Positions 8,497 through 19,182 are shown, counted from the stretch's first letter. The stretch: DNA of 32,448 nt from a virus (IMGVR_UViG_3300030330_004495:1-32448), one strand, 5' to 3'. The notes: a model not told the origin generated them from the letters alone. A program made the numbers and translations.

Positions 8497-11181
8497 TTAA
8501 TCTCCAAGAAGTGGTGGGGTATTTTTGTATGGATGACCATCAGGTAAGAGTGGGTATGTATTATATTTATGAGCGAGATAACCCTCGATTCTAAACACCG
8601 TATCATCTGAGATCACTCCGCCAGTCTCATCATCAATGGGCTTCGCTTGAACGATAATAATTTCAGGAACCATGCTCGCACCATATTCAAAATCTTGTCC
8701 GACTTTTTTCCTAAAAACATTAACTTGATTTACTGAATTTCCAAAACCCGTGTATGCGTCAACATTGTTAAATTCAGGCGTTGGATAATTTAGAACTGTC
8801 TGTCCGTTTCCTCGACCCCAAATCGTAGGGTCAGGATACGATGTGGTATCAGCGGGCAGTCCTGTGTCTGCTAAAAAGTTTTTTCTGAAAACCATCGAGT
8901 GAACCGCAGCGTTTGCTTGTGGAATTGTCATCGGACACGACGTAAAATTACCCTTTGCATTTGCCAAAGGTGGTTGATACACGGCTTCTCCAACCCCGCC
9001 CCCATAGGCACGATCTACAACAAATGTTTCCCCAGAATCCAATTCTCTCTCGACCTTGATTCTTGCTCCGGTATATGCCTGACCCGGATAATTACTGATT
9101 GGAACATTACCATACATTGACATATCAGTGATTGCGTAATTAGGGAATGATGTGATATCTCCAAAATCACCAACCGATAATAAAGTGTGAAAAAGATTCC
9201 ATTGAAGTTCCCCCGGAAAAGAATTTTCCGGGGCGTTTGCTTGAGCAAGAATTAGAGGACTTACAAGTGTTGGATTAAAATAATCAACAGAAAACGGAGA
9301 TAGTGACACATTGAAAACCGCGACATCGGTTGGTATCGCAAATGGGTTGTCGGCAGTGTTTACTTCTTCAGTATCAATTGTAAAATATTGACCATCGAAA
9401 GGTCCGCCCTGACCTGTTTCGTTGTCAGCGTTTGATGGATCTAATAACCATGTATCAGATACAACGTCGTTAGGAAACTGAAAATCAATTAGTTTGATTG
9501 GTAAACTTGAACCACTACTATTTTCCATGTCAAAAAGACCCGTGACACTAATAGAGTTACTCCATCCATTTGTCTCTGAAGTGATTGTCTCTGGTCTGTA
9601 CCACGCTTTGAGTTCGCTTCCAAGTTCATCAGGAGTCCACAAATTTTCGTATTGAATTTTATTGATGGTATTTTTTAGTCTACGATATGGCACATTGTAA
9701 CCGGGAGTAAAACCAACAACTTCGTTCTGATCATTAAGACCTCGTAGAATTCGTAAAAATATAACATTATCACAAAGTTCGCCAACCTCACTCGCTGATT
9801 TCAATCTAACTCTCGTAGTGACTGAATAATCATTTTGCTCGTTGAACAAAAGTTCTGGTTTGGAAATTACATTATCGTTTTCATCCACATAGTCATAATG
9901 AACCCCCTCTTGTAAAGAGTTGACTCCGCCCTGTTCCGCGTTTGTGATGCCCGATGAGTTATTTGGTGAATCTGCGTCTATTGCAAGACCGACACCCGAA
10001 ACGCTGTAATATGGGGTTACAGCACCAGATGTATCAAGGTTCCCTTCTGGAACCCTTGTTGTTTCTCGTTTTTGAATATGGTGAACAAATTCAATTGTAT
10101 CACCAAAGTTTACAAATTTTGTATAATCGATTGGGGAGTCTTGAACATACCCAACCTGACCTGTTGTGGGCGGAGTGGCATCTGGTTCTCTAAGAAAAAA
10201 CTTGATGCTGGAGGTGTCGTTATTTGTCGGATTGAAGATATCAAACTTAAGCAAGGTCGGATACTCTCCGACTCCATCGTCTGCGATTTTAAAATATAAA
10301 GTATCCTCGTAGTTATTATCATTATTCAGTGAGAAACTTGTTGGTTGAACATCGAGAGGATTTCCATTTACATCAGAAAAGAACCAGTTTTTGTCTTGCT
10401 CACTGTTGCCATCGATTGTGATGGGAACTTCATAACTTAAAATACGATCTTTATCAGGCTCAGTGAGTTTTAATGAATAAATTTCATTTTCGTACACCCA
10501 TCTTTGTCTAAGAATCCCATCTGGAAGGGGAACAAATTCTGAGTTTGAAGATAAGTTGAAATTCAATTCACTTTCAACCGCTGCCTTTGCAAAGATTATA
10601 GTTTTACTGGCATCTTCACCCGTAATTGTAAAAGTGCCTTCCCTGTTTTGATCAGGTGAGTTCGGATCTTTGAAGTAGATAAATTGAGCGGACACTACGT
10701 TTTGTGGGAAAAAAGCGTCAGTCTTGAAAGTGCCTACAAGTGCGTTTTGATTGAAGGTCCAAGAGCCAAGGTTCTGTTGAATAAGTCTAATTTCATCAGA
10801 TTCAAGACCTTTGATTCTAAAATTGTAGGTGGTATTTGGTTGAAATTTATCTGGATCAAAGGTAACCTTAAAATTAAACGTGTCACCAACTAAAACTGCA
10901 TCTGGTAATTCAATGTCGATATCAATGCCATCACCAACATCACCACCACTTGTTGGATCAGGTGTTTGAACTACTTCGATGGTGGGGTTTCCCTGACCGT
11001 CAATTGAGATGTCATCATTTGGACCAGTTGGTGGAGGTGGAGGAGGCACACCCTCTGGAATATTAAAGTTTGGAACTTGCAACTCAACTGTTGCTTGACG
11101 AAAGGGGTCAAACTCAACTGAGTTTTGCGATCCAAGTGGTCTTCTTGCCGGTCTGTCTACATGAATCTTAATTCTTTTCAT
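8497..11181 (-). CDS. large acidic beta-rich protein with a C-terminal LamG/ConA-like domain (putative fibre or adhesin)
   Basis: Poly-Pro linker and Ig/Calx-like segments. The C-terminal domain is bounded by LWTPDELGSELKAWY and IEGYLAHKY..LPDGHPYK..PP. Confidence 0.55.
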   Translation of the reverse strand: MKRIKIHVDRPARRPLGSQNSVEFDPFRQATVELQVPNFNIPEGVPPPPPPTGPNDDISIDGQGNPTIEVVQTPDPTSGGDVGDGIDIDIELPDAVLVGDTFNFKVTFDPDKFQPNTTYNFRIKGLESDEIRLIQQNLGSWTFNQNALVGTFKTDAFFPQNVVSAQFIYFKDPNSPDQNREGTFTITGEDASKTIIFAKAAVESELNFNLSSNSEFVPLPDGILRQRWVYENEIYSLKLTEPDKDRILSYEVPITIDGNSEQDKNWFFSDVNGNPLDVQPTSFSLNNDNNYEDTLYFKIADDGVGEYPTLLKFDIFNPTNNDTSSIKFFLREPDATPPTTGQVGYVQDSPIDYTKFVNFGDTIEFVHHIQKRETTRVPEGNLDTSGAVTPYYSVSGVGLAIDADSPNNSSGITNAEQGGVNSLQEGVHYDYVDENDNVISKPELLFNEQNDYSVTTRVRLKSASEVGELCDNVIFLRILRGLNDQNEVVGFTPGYNVPYRRLKNTINKIQYENLWTPDELGSELKAWYRPETITSETNGWSNSISVTGLFDMENSSGSSLPIKLIDFQFPNDVVSDTWLLDPSNADNETGQGGPFDGQYFTIDTEEVNTADNPFAIPTDVAVFNVSLSPFSVDYFNPTLVSPLILAQANAPENSFPGELQWNLFHTLLSVGDFGDITSFPNYAITDMSMYGNVPISNYPGQAYTGARIKVERELDSGETFVVDRAYGGGVGEAVYQPPLANAKGNFTSCPMTIPQANAAVHSMVFRKNFLADTGLPADTTSYPDPTIWGRGNGQTVLNYPTPEFNNVDAYTGFGNSVNQVNVFRKKVGQDFEYGASMVPEIIIVQAKPIDDETGGVISDDTVFRIEGYLAHKYNTYPLLPDGHPYKNTPPLLGD

Positions 11182-11636
11182 CTTGTGATGCTTTCGATAA
11201 CATTAAATCTACCTGCAAGAATTTTTTCACTTACACCATCGTTATCGACAAATACATCATAAAAAGAAATACCAGCAGGCACGTTGAGAGAAGTTTCTTT
11301 ATCAAACTCAATAAGAATACCGCCCGGATTCCCCGGCGTGCCATTTTTATTAGAGTTCAATTTGATCCACCCAACACCGGCAACACCACCTGTATCTGGA
11401 TCAAAGACACCAGCCGTTCCACCACCAATCACCCCAGATCCAGCGGGTGTTCCGGGGTCGATCATGGCTGAACCTGTGATTTTGAGGACAAGTTTCTTGC
11501 TCGCGGGACTTCTACGAACCTTCATTTCTGCGGTATAATCAAAGAAATTGAAGGGTGTATCATCATCATCTTTCAATTCAGCAAAAAATTTAAAAGTTTC
11601 ACCGCGTTGTAATTCGATGTCGTATTGAGCAGCCAT
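11178..11636 (-). CDS. phage fibre adaptor/collar-like beta-sandwich protein (LtfC/BppU-N-like)
   Basis: YDIELQRGETF..YTAEMKVR..FYDVFV..KILAGRFNV..SITR pattern. SD AGGAG. Confidence 0.6.
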   Translation of the reverse strand: MAAQYDIELQRGETFKFFAELKDDDDTPFNFFDYTAEMKVRRSPASKKLVLKITGSAMIDPGTPAGSGVIGGGTAGVFDPDTGGVAGVGWIKLNSNKNGTPGNPGGILIEFDKETSLNVPAGISFYDVFVDNDGVSEKILAGRFNVIESITR

Positions 11637-11651
11637 AAGATTCTCCTATTC

Positions 11652-11659
11652 TATTTAGG
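11652..11659 (-). promoter_or_regulatory. T4-type late promoter-like motif
   Basis: Minus strand CCTAAATA, followed by GAATAGGAG and the ATG of a structural-type gene. Matches the TAAATA core of gp55 promoters. Confidence 0.55.
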
Positions 11660-12818
11660 AAACTGAAACAAACTCAAAGTCTTCGTTTTGAATTGCACCA
11701 AGATTCAAGTCCCCTGCCTCTGCTTTTTTGTAGAGTGCAGAGTCTCTGCGAATGCGATAGTCTTGACTTGAATAATTTACAAAATCTGTCGTTGCCACTG
11801 CGGTGACTGTAAAACAATTTTCATATTCATCAAGATTACTAAAGTTCCCAGATGTCGCATCGCCAATCGCAATCTGTGAGCCAAGAAGCCTATCGTCATC
11901 ATTTGCATTTGCGACCAGTGCGTGTCCACCGACATCAAAAATAACATTATTTTCAATTTGAACACCACCTTGAGTTTGTGCAGCACCGGCAGAATCAATA
12001 CCATTTGCTCCGCACCTTGTGATTGTGTTGTTAGTAAAGTTTCCATTTTTGTTTTCTGATGTTCCTTGGTCAGAGATTCCGTCACCGTGAACATTGTCAA
12101 TCACACAGTTGATAATCTGTGGTGTGTTGGTATCACATTTCACACCATTTCCATTTCCGCTACCAGATGTGTTTGCACCATATATGCGACAGTTGAACAA
12201 AGATCCTTGATTAGTGCCACCATTTTGAACAATTGCGTCAAACTTTGTTCCTAACATAACAATCTCACACATAATACTTTTTGAACCAAAGTTAGAGTGA
12301 ACCCTTGCGTTGTTATTACTCGCACTTGAATTATCAGGCGCACGCATAAAACAACCAACGTATAGTTGTCGAATCGCTTCAGCAAAAGTAGCGTTCAGAA
12401 CACTACCCTGATTGAAACCGGAACTTGTGTTTTCTAAATGCAAACATCTGAAAATCGTGGATGTTCCAGCACTGTCATAAATTTGACCATTATTCGTTCG
12501 GATAATCTTTGGATAGTCGGTGGTGTCGAGATGTGCCTGTGAATCATCAGACCACTTTGGTTCAAGAAGATTACCGTCCGCATCTGCACCAACCCAGAAG
12601 TGTGGATTGTCTGCGTTTGGGTCGGTGGATGTTGGTTGCAACTCTTCGGTGCAGGTATAAGTGCCAGCAAGAAAAACCCAACGAGTGTTTTGTCGTGTTT
12701 CTCCTTCGATGGCAGTAGTCCAAGAAGTCCCCGTAAGTGCTGCCTTTGCGTTCGCCGCGTTCGATCCGTCTTGTGAACCTGCTCCAGAAGGTGAATAGAA
12801 AACATTAGTGAGTGCCAT
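11655..12818 (-). CDS. right-handed parallel beta-helix repeat protein
   Basis: N-terminal YSPSGAGSQDGS..ANA, repeats NCRIY/NCVIDN/NNTITR/NNVIFD, C-terminal DFVNYSSQDYRI..NLGAIQ. Confidence 0.7.
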   Translation of the reverse strand: MALTNVFYSPSGAGSQDGSNAANAKAALTGTSWTTAIEGETRQNTRWVFLAGTYTCTEELQPTSTDPNADNPHFWVGADADGNLLEPKWSDDSQAHLDTTDYPKIIRTNNGQIYDSAGTSTIFRCLHLENTSSGFNQGSVLNATFAEAIRQLYVGCFMRAPDNSSASNNNARVHSNFGSKSIMCEIVMLGTKFDAIVQNGGTNQGSLFNCRIYGANTSGSGNGNGVKCDTNTPQIINCVIDNVHGDGISDQGTSENKNGNFTNNTITRCGANGIDSAGAAQTQGGVQIENNVIFDVGGHALVANANDDDRLLGSQIAIGDATSGNFSNLDEYENCFTVTAVATTDFVNYSSQDYRIRRDSALYKKAEAGDLNLGAIQNEDFEFVSVS

Positions 12819-12821
12819 TCA

Positions 12822-13901
12822 TTACCTACTTTCAAAAGTTAAGAATGCTTGTGCCGCAGATGAACCAGACGCATTAGTAAACACATCCAAAAACAAAAAG
12901 TTTCCTGCTGTGATCGCGGCTTGGTTGAACACCGTGGACGATCCGGTCGCACCTGTGGTTCCCAAAGAACAACCAGTGATTCTTCCGGTCAACGGAGTGC
13001 CAAAATCTGTGCCTGCGATATAGATCGCTGCCGTGAATCCACCAGTTCCGTTTACTTTTACATCAAAGTTTTTCATGGTTGCATCGTGTGGTAATCGATA
13101 CAGAGAGTCAGTCTTCGCTCCAGTTGCGATAGCCGAGGAGGCATCAACAGTAAATATTGCGACATTTTTTGCATTGCCAGTGGCTCCATCATTTACATAA
13201 AATGTTTTAGTGGCTTCGCCCTGAAACAGCGGTAGTGCCAGAGGTGTTGAAAAAGAATGTGATAATAATGAAACATTGAATTGATGAACATTTGTTGAAA
13301 CTTCTGAGTGACTTGTAAAGGCATAGTTGGCAAATTTTGTTGGGTCAGTTGCGTTTGTGACAAAAAGTGTCCCGCGAGTTGCCGCATCGAAGTAAGTTGA
13401 CAAGTCTGTATTGTTTGAGTCTTCGTGAAAAAACTGAACCGTTGAGTTAAGATATTTAACTTCACCGTCCGCTGAGGGAGTCGCAAAAGCATTTGCTATA
13501 CCCGTGTAACTTCCGACACCGGGAGGAGATCCAGTTGCACCAGTCGATCCAGTGGCTCCCGTTGATCCTGTCGCACCAGTGGAGCCTGTTGCTCCCGTTG
13601 ATCCTGTCGCACCAGTGGAGCCTGTTGCTCCCGTTGATCCTGTCGCACCAGTAGAACCTGTTGCTCCAGTTCCACCAGTGGCTCCAGTGGAACCTGTTGC
13701 TCCAGTTCCGCCAGTGGCTCCAGTAGAACCTATTGCTCCAGTTCCGCCAGTGGCTCCAGTAGAACCTGTTGCTCCAGTGCCACCTGTCGAACCAACGAGT
13801 ACGGCAGGTTTGTTCCATGCGGTTCCATCATAAGTGTAGATAATATCACCCACACTCATGGAGACACCCGTAGCCGGATTCTCAGGGAACCTAAACACCA
13901 T
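12822..13901 (-). CDS. collagen-like fibre protein with Gly-X-Thr repeats
   Basis: N-terminal FP..P..G....YTYDGTAW motif typical of phage fibre proteins, 30 consecutive G-X-Y triplets, and a beta-rich C-terminal region. Confidence 0.85.
   Translation of the reverse strand: MVFRFPENPATGVSMSVGDIIYTYDGTAWNKPAVLVGSTGGTGATGSTGATGGTGAIGSTGATGGTGATGSTGATGGTGATGSTGATGSTGATGSTGATGSTGATGSTGATGSTGATGSTGATGSPPGVGSYTGIANAFATPSADGEVKYLNSTVQFFHEDSNNTDLSTYFDAATRGTLFVTNATDPTKFANYAFTSHSEVSTNVHQFNVSLLSHSFSTPLALPLFQGEATKTFYVNDGATGNAKNVAIFTVDASSAIATGAKTDSLYRLPHDATMKNFDVKVNGTGGFTAAIYIAGTDFGTPLTGRITGCSLGTTGATGSSTVFNQAAITAGNFLFLDVFTNASGSSAAQAFLTFESR
13524..13793 (-). repeat. coding tandem repeat (9-nt triplet unit, two 36-nt higher-order families)
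   Basis: CCCGTTGATCCTGTCGCACCAGTGGAGCCTGTTGCT is repeated exactly at 13558 and 13594 and partly at 13630. A second ~36-nt family (CCTGTTGCTCCAGTTCCRCCAGTGGCTCCAGTRGAA) lies at ~13657-13785. Confidence 0.95.
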
Positions 13902-15211
13902 TACCTAACCTTTACTTTTTTTCCCCGACGTTTGTTCACTCTTCGCAATTCATCTTTTTTTCTCAGGGCTTCTGCTTTTTGCATTTTTTCTTGTGCAGCA
14001 TTTTGTTGCTGTTTTTGTTGTTGCTCTGCGACCGCTTTTTCGATCATTTCTTTTCTTGCAATATACGCTCTAAAATTGTTTACAATTCTTTCTCTATGCT
14101 CCTCTGGGAAAAGACCATCTGCCATGAGTTGTTGCGATGCTTGTAAACCAAGATCAAAGTCCCCCATTTCATGCGCTGTTGATGCAAGTTCATCCAACAT
14201 CATCCAATCGGTCATATCTTTTTGTAAGAAAAGAATATCGTCCGCTGGGAATTTGATATTAATACCCGACCGTGCAAAAAGATAACCTAATTTTGGATTT
14301 CCGTTTTGTCTGTGAATTCGAGCGAGTTGATACAAAGGCTCTACTCGTTGCGGTCGCATGTTGTATGCTTGCAAGAAATGATCCTGTGCTTCCGCCCATG
14401 ATGATTCTGATTGTTTCAGTGGTTCCATGCACTTACAAATACCCATTCGATAAACGCAATACCACTGTTCCTCTTCCCAACCACCGGCTTCGGCTCGAAC
14501 TTGATAGGCATCATACGCTTTATCATACACAGCACCATCAAAGTAAGACTGCGCAAGATAGAACATGTACCTTAAGTTTGTTGGTTCATAGTTAGGGTCT
14601 TCTGGATTGTAGAGACAACTGTGTAATGTCTCTGCATCTTTCAAGTATTTTGCGTTTTGGTCATCACCAAATTCTTGGGTGCGATTACCCATAGTTCTTG
14701 CATCGATATGGTAGTCTCCATCGAGTCTTGTGATATTAAGACTACCCTTTTTTTCTCTCTCTTCTGCGGCATCTGCATATTCGTGAATCACACCAACATA
14801 GCCCCACCCGATACCATTTTTGAAAATTTGATTTCTCCACCAATTGAAATCACCTCTGTGAATATTCAAAGCGTAGCCATCATGCTGTCCAAAATCAGGT
14901 GGATACTTAAAATTACCTGCCACAAAGTCATCAGCATCGATAACCCAAGAGTAGTCTGCACCACCCTTGTCGGCATTGCGGAGAGATTTGGTTCTTGACT
15001 TACCAAACCCCTCCCACGGTTCATCGTACACCTCACCGGGAATACCAACACTTTCAAAGTAATCTTTAATAATTTGTTTTGTGTTGTCACTTGATCCCGT
15101 GTCGGTGATGTCATAACGATCAATGTACGGTGAAATTGATTTCAAACACTCTTGGATGATATGCTCTTCATCCTTCACGATCATACACAATGTAACTGTA
15201 GGTTTGCTCAT
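13901..15211 (-). CDS. GT2 glycosyltransferase with TPR-like C-terminal helices
   Basis: [27 protein letters not shown], then [10 protein letters not shown] and [15 protein letters not shown]-like repeats. TAATG overlap with the collagen gene. Confidence 0.9.
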   Translation of the reverse strand: MSKPTVTLCMIVKDEEHIIQECLKSISPYIDRYDITDTGSSDNTKQIIKDYFESVGIPGEVYDEPWEGFGKSRTKSLRNADKGGADYSWVIDADDFVAGNFKYPPDFGQHDGYALNIHRGDFNWWRNQIFKNGIGWGYVGVIHEYADAAEEREKKGSLNITRLDGDYHIDARTMGNRTQEFGDDQNAKYLKDAETLHSCLYNPEDPNYEPTNLRYMFYLAQSYFDGAVYDKAYDAYQVRAEAGGWEEEQWYCVYRMGICKCMEPLKQSESSWAEAQDHFLQAYNMRPQRVEPLYQLARIHRQNGNPKLGYLFARSGINIKFPADDILFLQKDMTDWMMLDELASTAHEMGDFDLGLQASQQLMADGLFPEEHRERIVNNFRAYIARKEMIEKAVAEQQQKQQQNAAQEKMQKAEALRKKDELRRVNKRRGKKVKVR

Positions 15212-16173
15212 GCTTTCACCTTTTGGGAATCAATCCAATTATAAGTCTCACGAACTCCATCAATAAGTTTTGTCGATGGTCGCCATCCGATCATTTTTTC
15301 AATGAATGTGTTGTCGGAGTTTCTTCCTCGAACACCTTGGGGACCGGGGATATGATTTTTTACAACCTTTTTGTCTGCTACCTCTGCTGCGATATCAACA
15401 AGTTGATTGATTGAAACCATTTCATCTGAACCAATATTCACAGGCTCAATACAATCACTTCTCATAAGTGTAAGCACGCCGTTCAAGCATTCATCGACAT
15501 ACAAGAATGATCGAGTTTGAAGACCATCGCCCCAAACTTCCACTTCTCCACCATCCTCAGCCTCAGAGACTTTTCTGCAAATTGCAGCGGGGGCTTTTTC
15601 TTTACCATTATTCCATGAGCCTTGAGGACCAAAGATGTTATGAAAGCGTGCGATACGAACTTCAAGACCATAGTTTCTGTGGAATGCAAGGAAAACTCTT
15701 TCACTAAAAAGTTTTTCCCAACCATACTCACTATCAGGATTCGCCGGATACGCTGAGTCCTCAGCACAGTTTGGATTGTCGGGGTCGAGTTGATTGTGTT
15801 CGGGATACATGCAGGCAGACGATGAATAGAAAACTCTTGGCATGTTTTCAAACTCTGTTGCTACCTTTGCCACGTTAAGATTAATCATCGCGGAGTTGTG
15901 CATGACGTTTGCATCATTTTCTCCGGTGAAGATATATCCTGCACCGCCCATGTCAGCAGCAAGTTGATACACCTCATCAAAGCCACCATCCAATGCCTCT
16001 CGGACATTTTGCTCTGATCTGAGATCGAGGACTAAGAATTCATCGGCATCAGTTTCTTTATACTCATGCTCTTTGATATCCACACCACGAACGAAGTAAC
16101 CTTCGTTTTTCAAACGAGTCACTAAGTGACCACCAATAAATCCACCTGCCCCACAAACTAATGCCTTTTTCAT
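15208..16173 (-). CDS. GDP-mannose 3,5-epimerase-like SDR
   Basis: GAGGFIG, LAADMGGAGYI, SSACMYP, YGWEK, EKAPAAICRK and GPQGVRGRNSDN, all characteristic of GME with the catalytic Cys and Lys present. Confidence 0.88.
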   Translation of the reverse strand: MKKALVCGAGGFIGGHLVTRLKNEGYFVRGVDIKEHEYKETDADEFLVLDLRSEQNVREALDGGFDEVYQLAADMGGAGYIFTGENDANVMHNSAMINLNVAKVATEFENMPRVFYSSSACMYPEHNQLDPDNPNCAEDSAYPANPDSEYGWEKLFSERVFLAFHRNYGLEVRIARFHNIFGPQGSWNNGKEKAPAAICRKVSEAEDGGEVEVWGDGLQTRSFLYVDECLNGVLTLMRSDCIEPVNIGSDEMVSINQLVDIAAEVADKKVVKNHIPGPQGVRGRNSDNTFIEKMIGWRPSTKLIDGVRETYNWIDSQKVKA

Positions 16174-16182
16174 ATTAACTCC

Positions 16183-17082
16183 TTAGTCAAAATATTTTTG
16201 GTACTCAGTAATAAAGTTTTGAACCTCATCACTAAGTTGGTGTATGCCGAGAATATAATCTTGCGTGTGTCTATAACCATCAAGTTCATTTTCAAGATTT
16301 CTAATTAAGTCTTGCTCATTTCTCTCTTGATACACCGTAGGCTTATCGAAAACAATCTGAGAACTGTCCATGAATTTTTGGAGATAATATGATCCCCAAA
16401 TATCATCCATTCTTCCCAAGAATGGAAACACCATATAGTATTTCAGGACATCTCTATGTATGAAGGTATTTTGGCTATTGAAGACCGTGTAGTTGTAAGT
16501 GCTGTATGGTTCAATTTGATCAAACTTAACGCAGGGTCTTCTTGTCAATCTTGTCGTTGCATCAATATCAGGATCACCATCCCACAGGTTTGCTTGAACC
16601 ATAACTTCTGTTGATCGTTTACCAAGATAAGTCACATCATTTTTTGTTGGTATACACTCAATGGGATATCCTCTATGCCAAAGGTTAGAATTATTAGTCA
16701 CGGACAGTGGATCAAAAACCAAGTTCTTTGTTTCATAAAAATCTCTTTCAACCTTTTTACCAACGTGTAAATCTTTACCCCAATTTTCATATGGAATGTT
16801 GTCATCGTCAACAGTGGCTACGATATCAGCACCGTTTTGATATGCGTATACAAAGCCGATATTTCTTCTCTGAATTTTTTTCCAGCCAATCGCATCTGAT
16901 AACTCTTTGTAATCTCTTTCTTGTTGTTCTGGGTGAAGATACACACAATCAAGTTGCTCATACAAATGATGTGGAGTTTTGGTATCTCCAACAACAACGA
17001 GCGTCCAATCCTCCATTTTTGCAAATAATTTAGTCGCTCTTGTTGGGGGTTGGATTGTTGTCGTTACGATATATTTTTTCAT
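16183..17082 (-). CDS. STELLO/DUF288 / RGP (GT75)-like protein
   Basis: IVTTTIQPPT, LVVVGDTKTP, RRNIGFVYAY, VDDDN, HRGYP, GDPDIDA, FNSQNT, RMDDIW. Confidence 0.75.
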   Translation of the reverse strand: MKKYIVTTTIQPPTRATKLFAKMEDWTLVVVGDTKTPHHLYEQLDCVYLHPEQQERDYKELSDAIGWKKIQRRNIGFVYAYQNGADIVATVDDDNIPYENWGKDLHVGKKVERDFYETKNLVFDPLSVTNNSNLWHRGYPIECIPTKNDVTYLGKRSTEVMVQANLWDGDPDIDATTRLTRRPCVKFDQIEPYSTYNYTVFNSQNTFIHRDVLKYYMVFPFLGRMDDIWGSYYLQKFMDSSQIVFDKPTVYQERNEQDLIRNLENELDGYRHTQDYILGIHQLSDEVQNFITEYQKYFD

Positions 17083-18101
17083 GGTCTGTCCTTTTCTGGA
17101 TTTAGAATCGCTTTGATTACACCATCACTATAATCACATGCAGTATCAAACGCTTCCTGACATTCAGAAAGAGAATACTCATGCGTAACTAAAAAGTCAA
17201 GTTCAGATGAGTCATTTTCAAATAATTTTAGAGAATCGTGAAGAGTGCGGTCTGATCTTCTGATGTTGATGAGATCAACCTCTCTTGTTCTTAAAATATG
17301 AGGATTCATCTCCAAAGAGTCTGTCTCAGGAATGCCAATGATTACAAGTTTTGATCCGACATCACAAGTTTTTACACAGAGATCAAGACTCAAGTTAGTG
17401 CCGCAAACATCAAAAACGACTGAGCATTTTGGCGGTAGGATATGAGATGATGGATCATACACAGCACTCGCACCCAACTTTAGTGCGGCATCTCTTCTAT
17501 GTTGCAGTGGATCGACGCAGTAGATATCAGTCACTCCAATTTTCTTAAGACACAATAAAAGACACAAGCCCACTGGTCCGCACCCAAAGATTGTAACTGA
17601 ATCTTGATATGACACCTGTGAACGGTTGATCGCATGAAAACCAACTGCAACTGGTTCGAGAAGACTTGCTGCGCCGTATGACATATTATCTGGAATTGAA
17701 ACACACTGACTGTCATGCACAACAACTTCATCTGACATGCAGCCGGATGCGTTCGCCCCCATGAATGTGCCACTCGCTAAATTGTGCCTACCACTGAGTG
17801 ACCATTTATCAGATAAGTTCGGGTTGCTTGGTTCAATCGCAACACGATCACCAACCTTGAAATGCTTTGATTGGGAATCAACTACCACACCTGCTGGCTC
17901 ATGTCCCATTTGCATCGGAAGTGGTTGTTTGTGTGATCCAAGACCACCATGACGGAAATAATGTAGATCAGAACCGCAAATACCGGCTGCTTTGATGGCA
18001 ACTCTGACCTCATTTTCGTTGATGTCTTTCTTTTCCTCTTCAACCAAAGTCACTGTTTTAATATCAGTCAAAAGAACTCTACGATTCATTTTACACTCCA
18101 T
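17079..18101 (-). CDS. zinc-dependent medium-chain (sorbitol/iditol-type) dehydrogenase
   Basis: GICGSDLH, GHE, LLEP and GCGPVG Rossmann motif. Confidence 0.9.
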   Translation of the reverse strand: MECKMNRRVLLTDIKTVTLVEEEKKDINENEVRVAIKAAGICGSDLHYFRHGGLGSHKQPLPMQMGHEPAGVVVDSQSKHFKVGDRVAIEPSNPNLSDKWSLSGRHNLASGTFMGANASGCMSDEVVVHDSQCVSIPDNMSYGAASLLEPVAVGFHAINRSQVSYQDSVTIFGCGPVGLCLLLCLKKIGVTDIYCVDPLQHRRDAALKLGASAVYDPSSHILPPKCSVVFDVCGTNLSLDLCVKTCDVGSKLVIIGIPETDSLEMNPHILRTREVDLINIRRSDRTLHDSLKLFENDSSELDFLVTHEYSLSECQEAFDTACDYSDGVIKAILNPEKDRP

Positions 18102-19182
18102 TCATAATTGAACAAATATACTCTACCTCTTCTGTGGTGAGTTCTGGATATAATGGTGGACACACATGATTTTTTGCAACCCAATCTGTGTTCGGCAGAC
18201 CGCTTTGTAAAAATACGTTTTGGTGGTGAACGGGATTTGAGTAAACTTCTCCTGTAGGCGTGATGTTATTTTTTCGCATAGCATCTCTGACCGCCTCAGC
18301 ATTTTCTGTCAGTGCGATACACTTATAATAACAACACTGTCCCCCATCCTGTGTCACGACCTTAAAATTACTATTAAGATTACTTTTGTAAATTTCTAAA
18401 AGACTGTTTCTCTTTTGAACGCGATCTAAAACCCTATCACACTCAAGAGATCCAAGTAAACCTGTTAGATCATTAATTTTACTATTCATCCCCTGTGATA
18501 TGATACAGCGTGAGGCATCGTTAATATCACGCCCAAAATTCTTTAATGACCTAACGACATTTGCCAATGAATCATTGTTAGTTGTTACCATCCCACCCTC
18601 TCCAGTGGTCATAACTTTTGTTGGAAAGAAACTAAAACAACCAATATCACCAATCGTTCCAGCATAACCAATGTCACTATACGAGCCATGTGCGTGAGCA
18701 GCATCCTCAATTAATGGTAAATTATGAGTGTCGCAGATTTTTTTGATTTCTGATAATCTGCTTGAAAGAATGCCACCAACGTGAACGACAATCACGGCTT
18801 TTGTTTTTTCTGTGATTAGTCGCCTTACTTCTCTGGGGTCTAAAGACAAATCATCGGTGCAGCAGTCTGCAAGAACGGGATCACATCCACAATTTTTCAC
18901 CGCCACCGCAGTTGCAAAAAAAGTATTGCTTGGCATGATAATCTCACCATGACTAATGTTTAGTGATCGTATGGCAAGTTCGATTGCATCGGTTCCAGAA
19001 GTGCAAGCAACACTGTTGTCGGATTTTGTCAACTCTGAAAACTTTTGTTCAAATTCTCTAACGTACTTACCCTCACCGACAAAACCCGTCGAGAGTATAT
19101 CGTAAACACCGTCTTGGTATTTTTTGATAAATTCGTCTTCATAATTTAGTTTGAAAATAGGTATCTTCAAGGTATGTCTCAC
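18091..19182 (-). CDS. DegT/DnrJ/EryC1/StrS sugar aminotransferase
   Basis: TSGTDA, EDAAHAHG, FSFFPTKVMTTGEGG (PLP Lys). The start may be the TTG at 19170. Confidence 0.93.
   Translation of the reverse strand: MRHTLKIPIFKLNYEDEFIKKYQDGVYDILSTGFVGEGKYVREFEQKFSELTKSDNSVACTSGTDAIELAIRSLNISHGEIIMPSNTFFATAVAVKNCGCDPVLADCCTDDLSLDPREVRRLITEKTKAVIVVHVGGILSSRLSEIKKICDTHNLPLIEDAAHAHGSYSDIGYAGTIGDIGCFSFFPTKVMTTGEGGMVTTNNDSLANVVRSLKNFGRDINDASRCIISQGMNSKINDLTGLLGSLECDRVLDRVQKRNSLLEIYKSNLNSNFKVVTQDGGQCCYYKCIALTENAEAVRDAMRKNNITPTGEVYSNPVHHQNVFLQSGLPNTDWVAKNHVCPPLYPELTTEEVEYICSIMNGV

Noticed and set aside
13558-13785. 36-nt repeats of CRISPR-like length
   Set aside because: They are head-to-tail with no unique spacers and lie in frame within a CDS.
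13552-13833. Plus-strand ORF with PVAPVEP repeats, and the alternate-frame minus ORF 13462-13818 with W/R/N repeats
   Set aside because: These are antisense and out-of-frame shadows of the collagen repeat.
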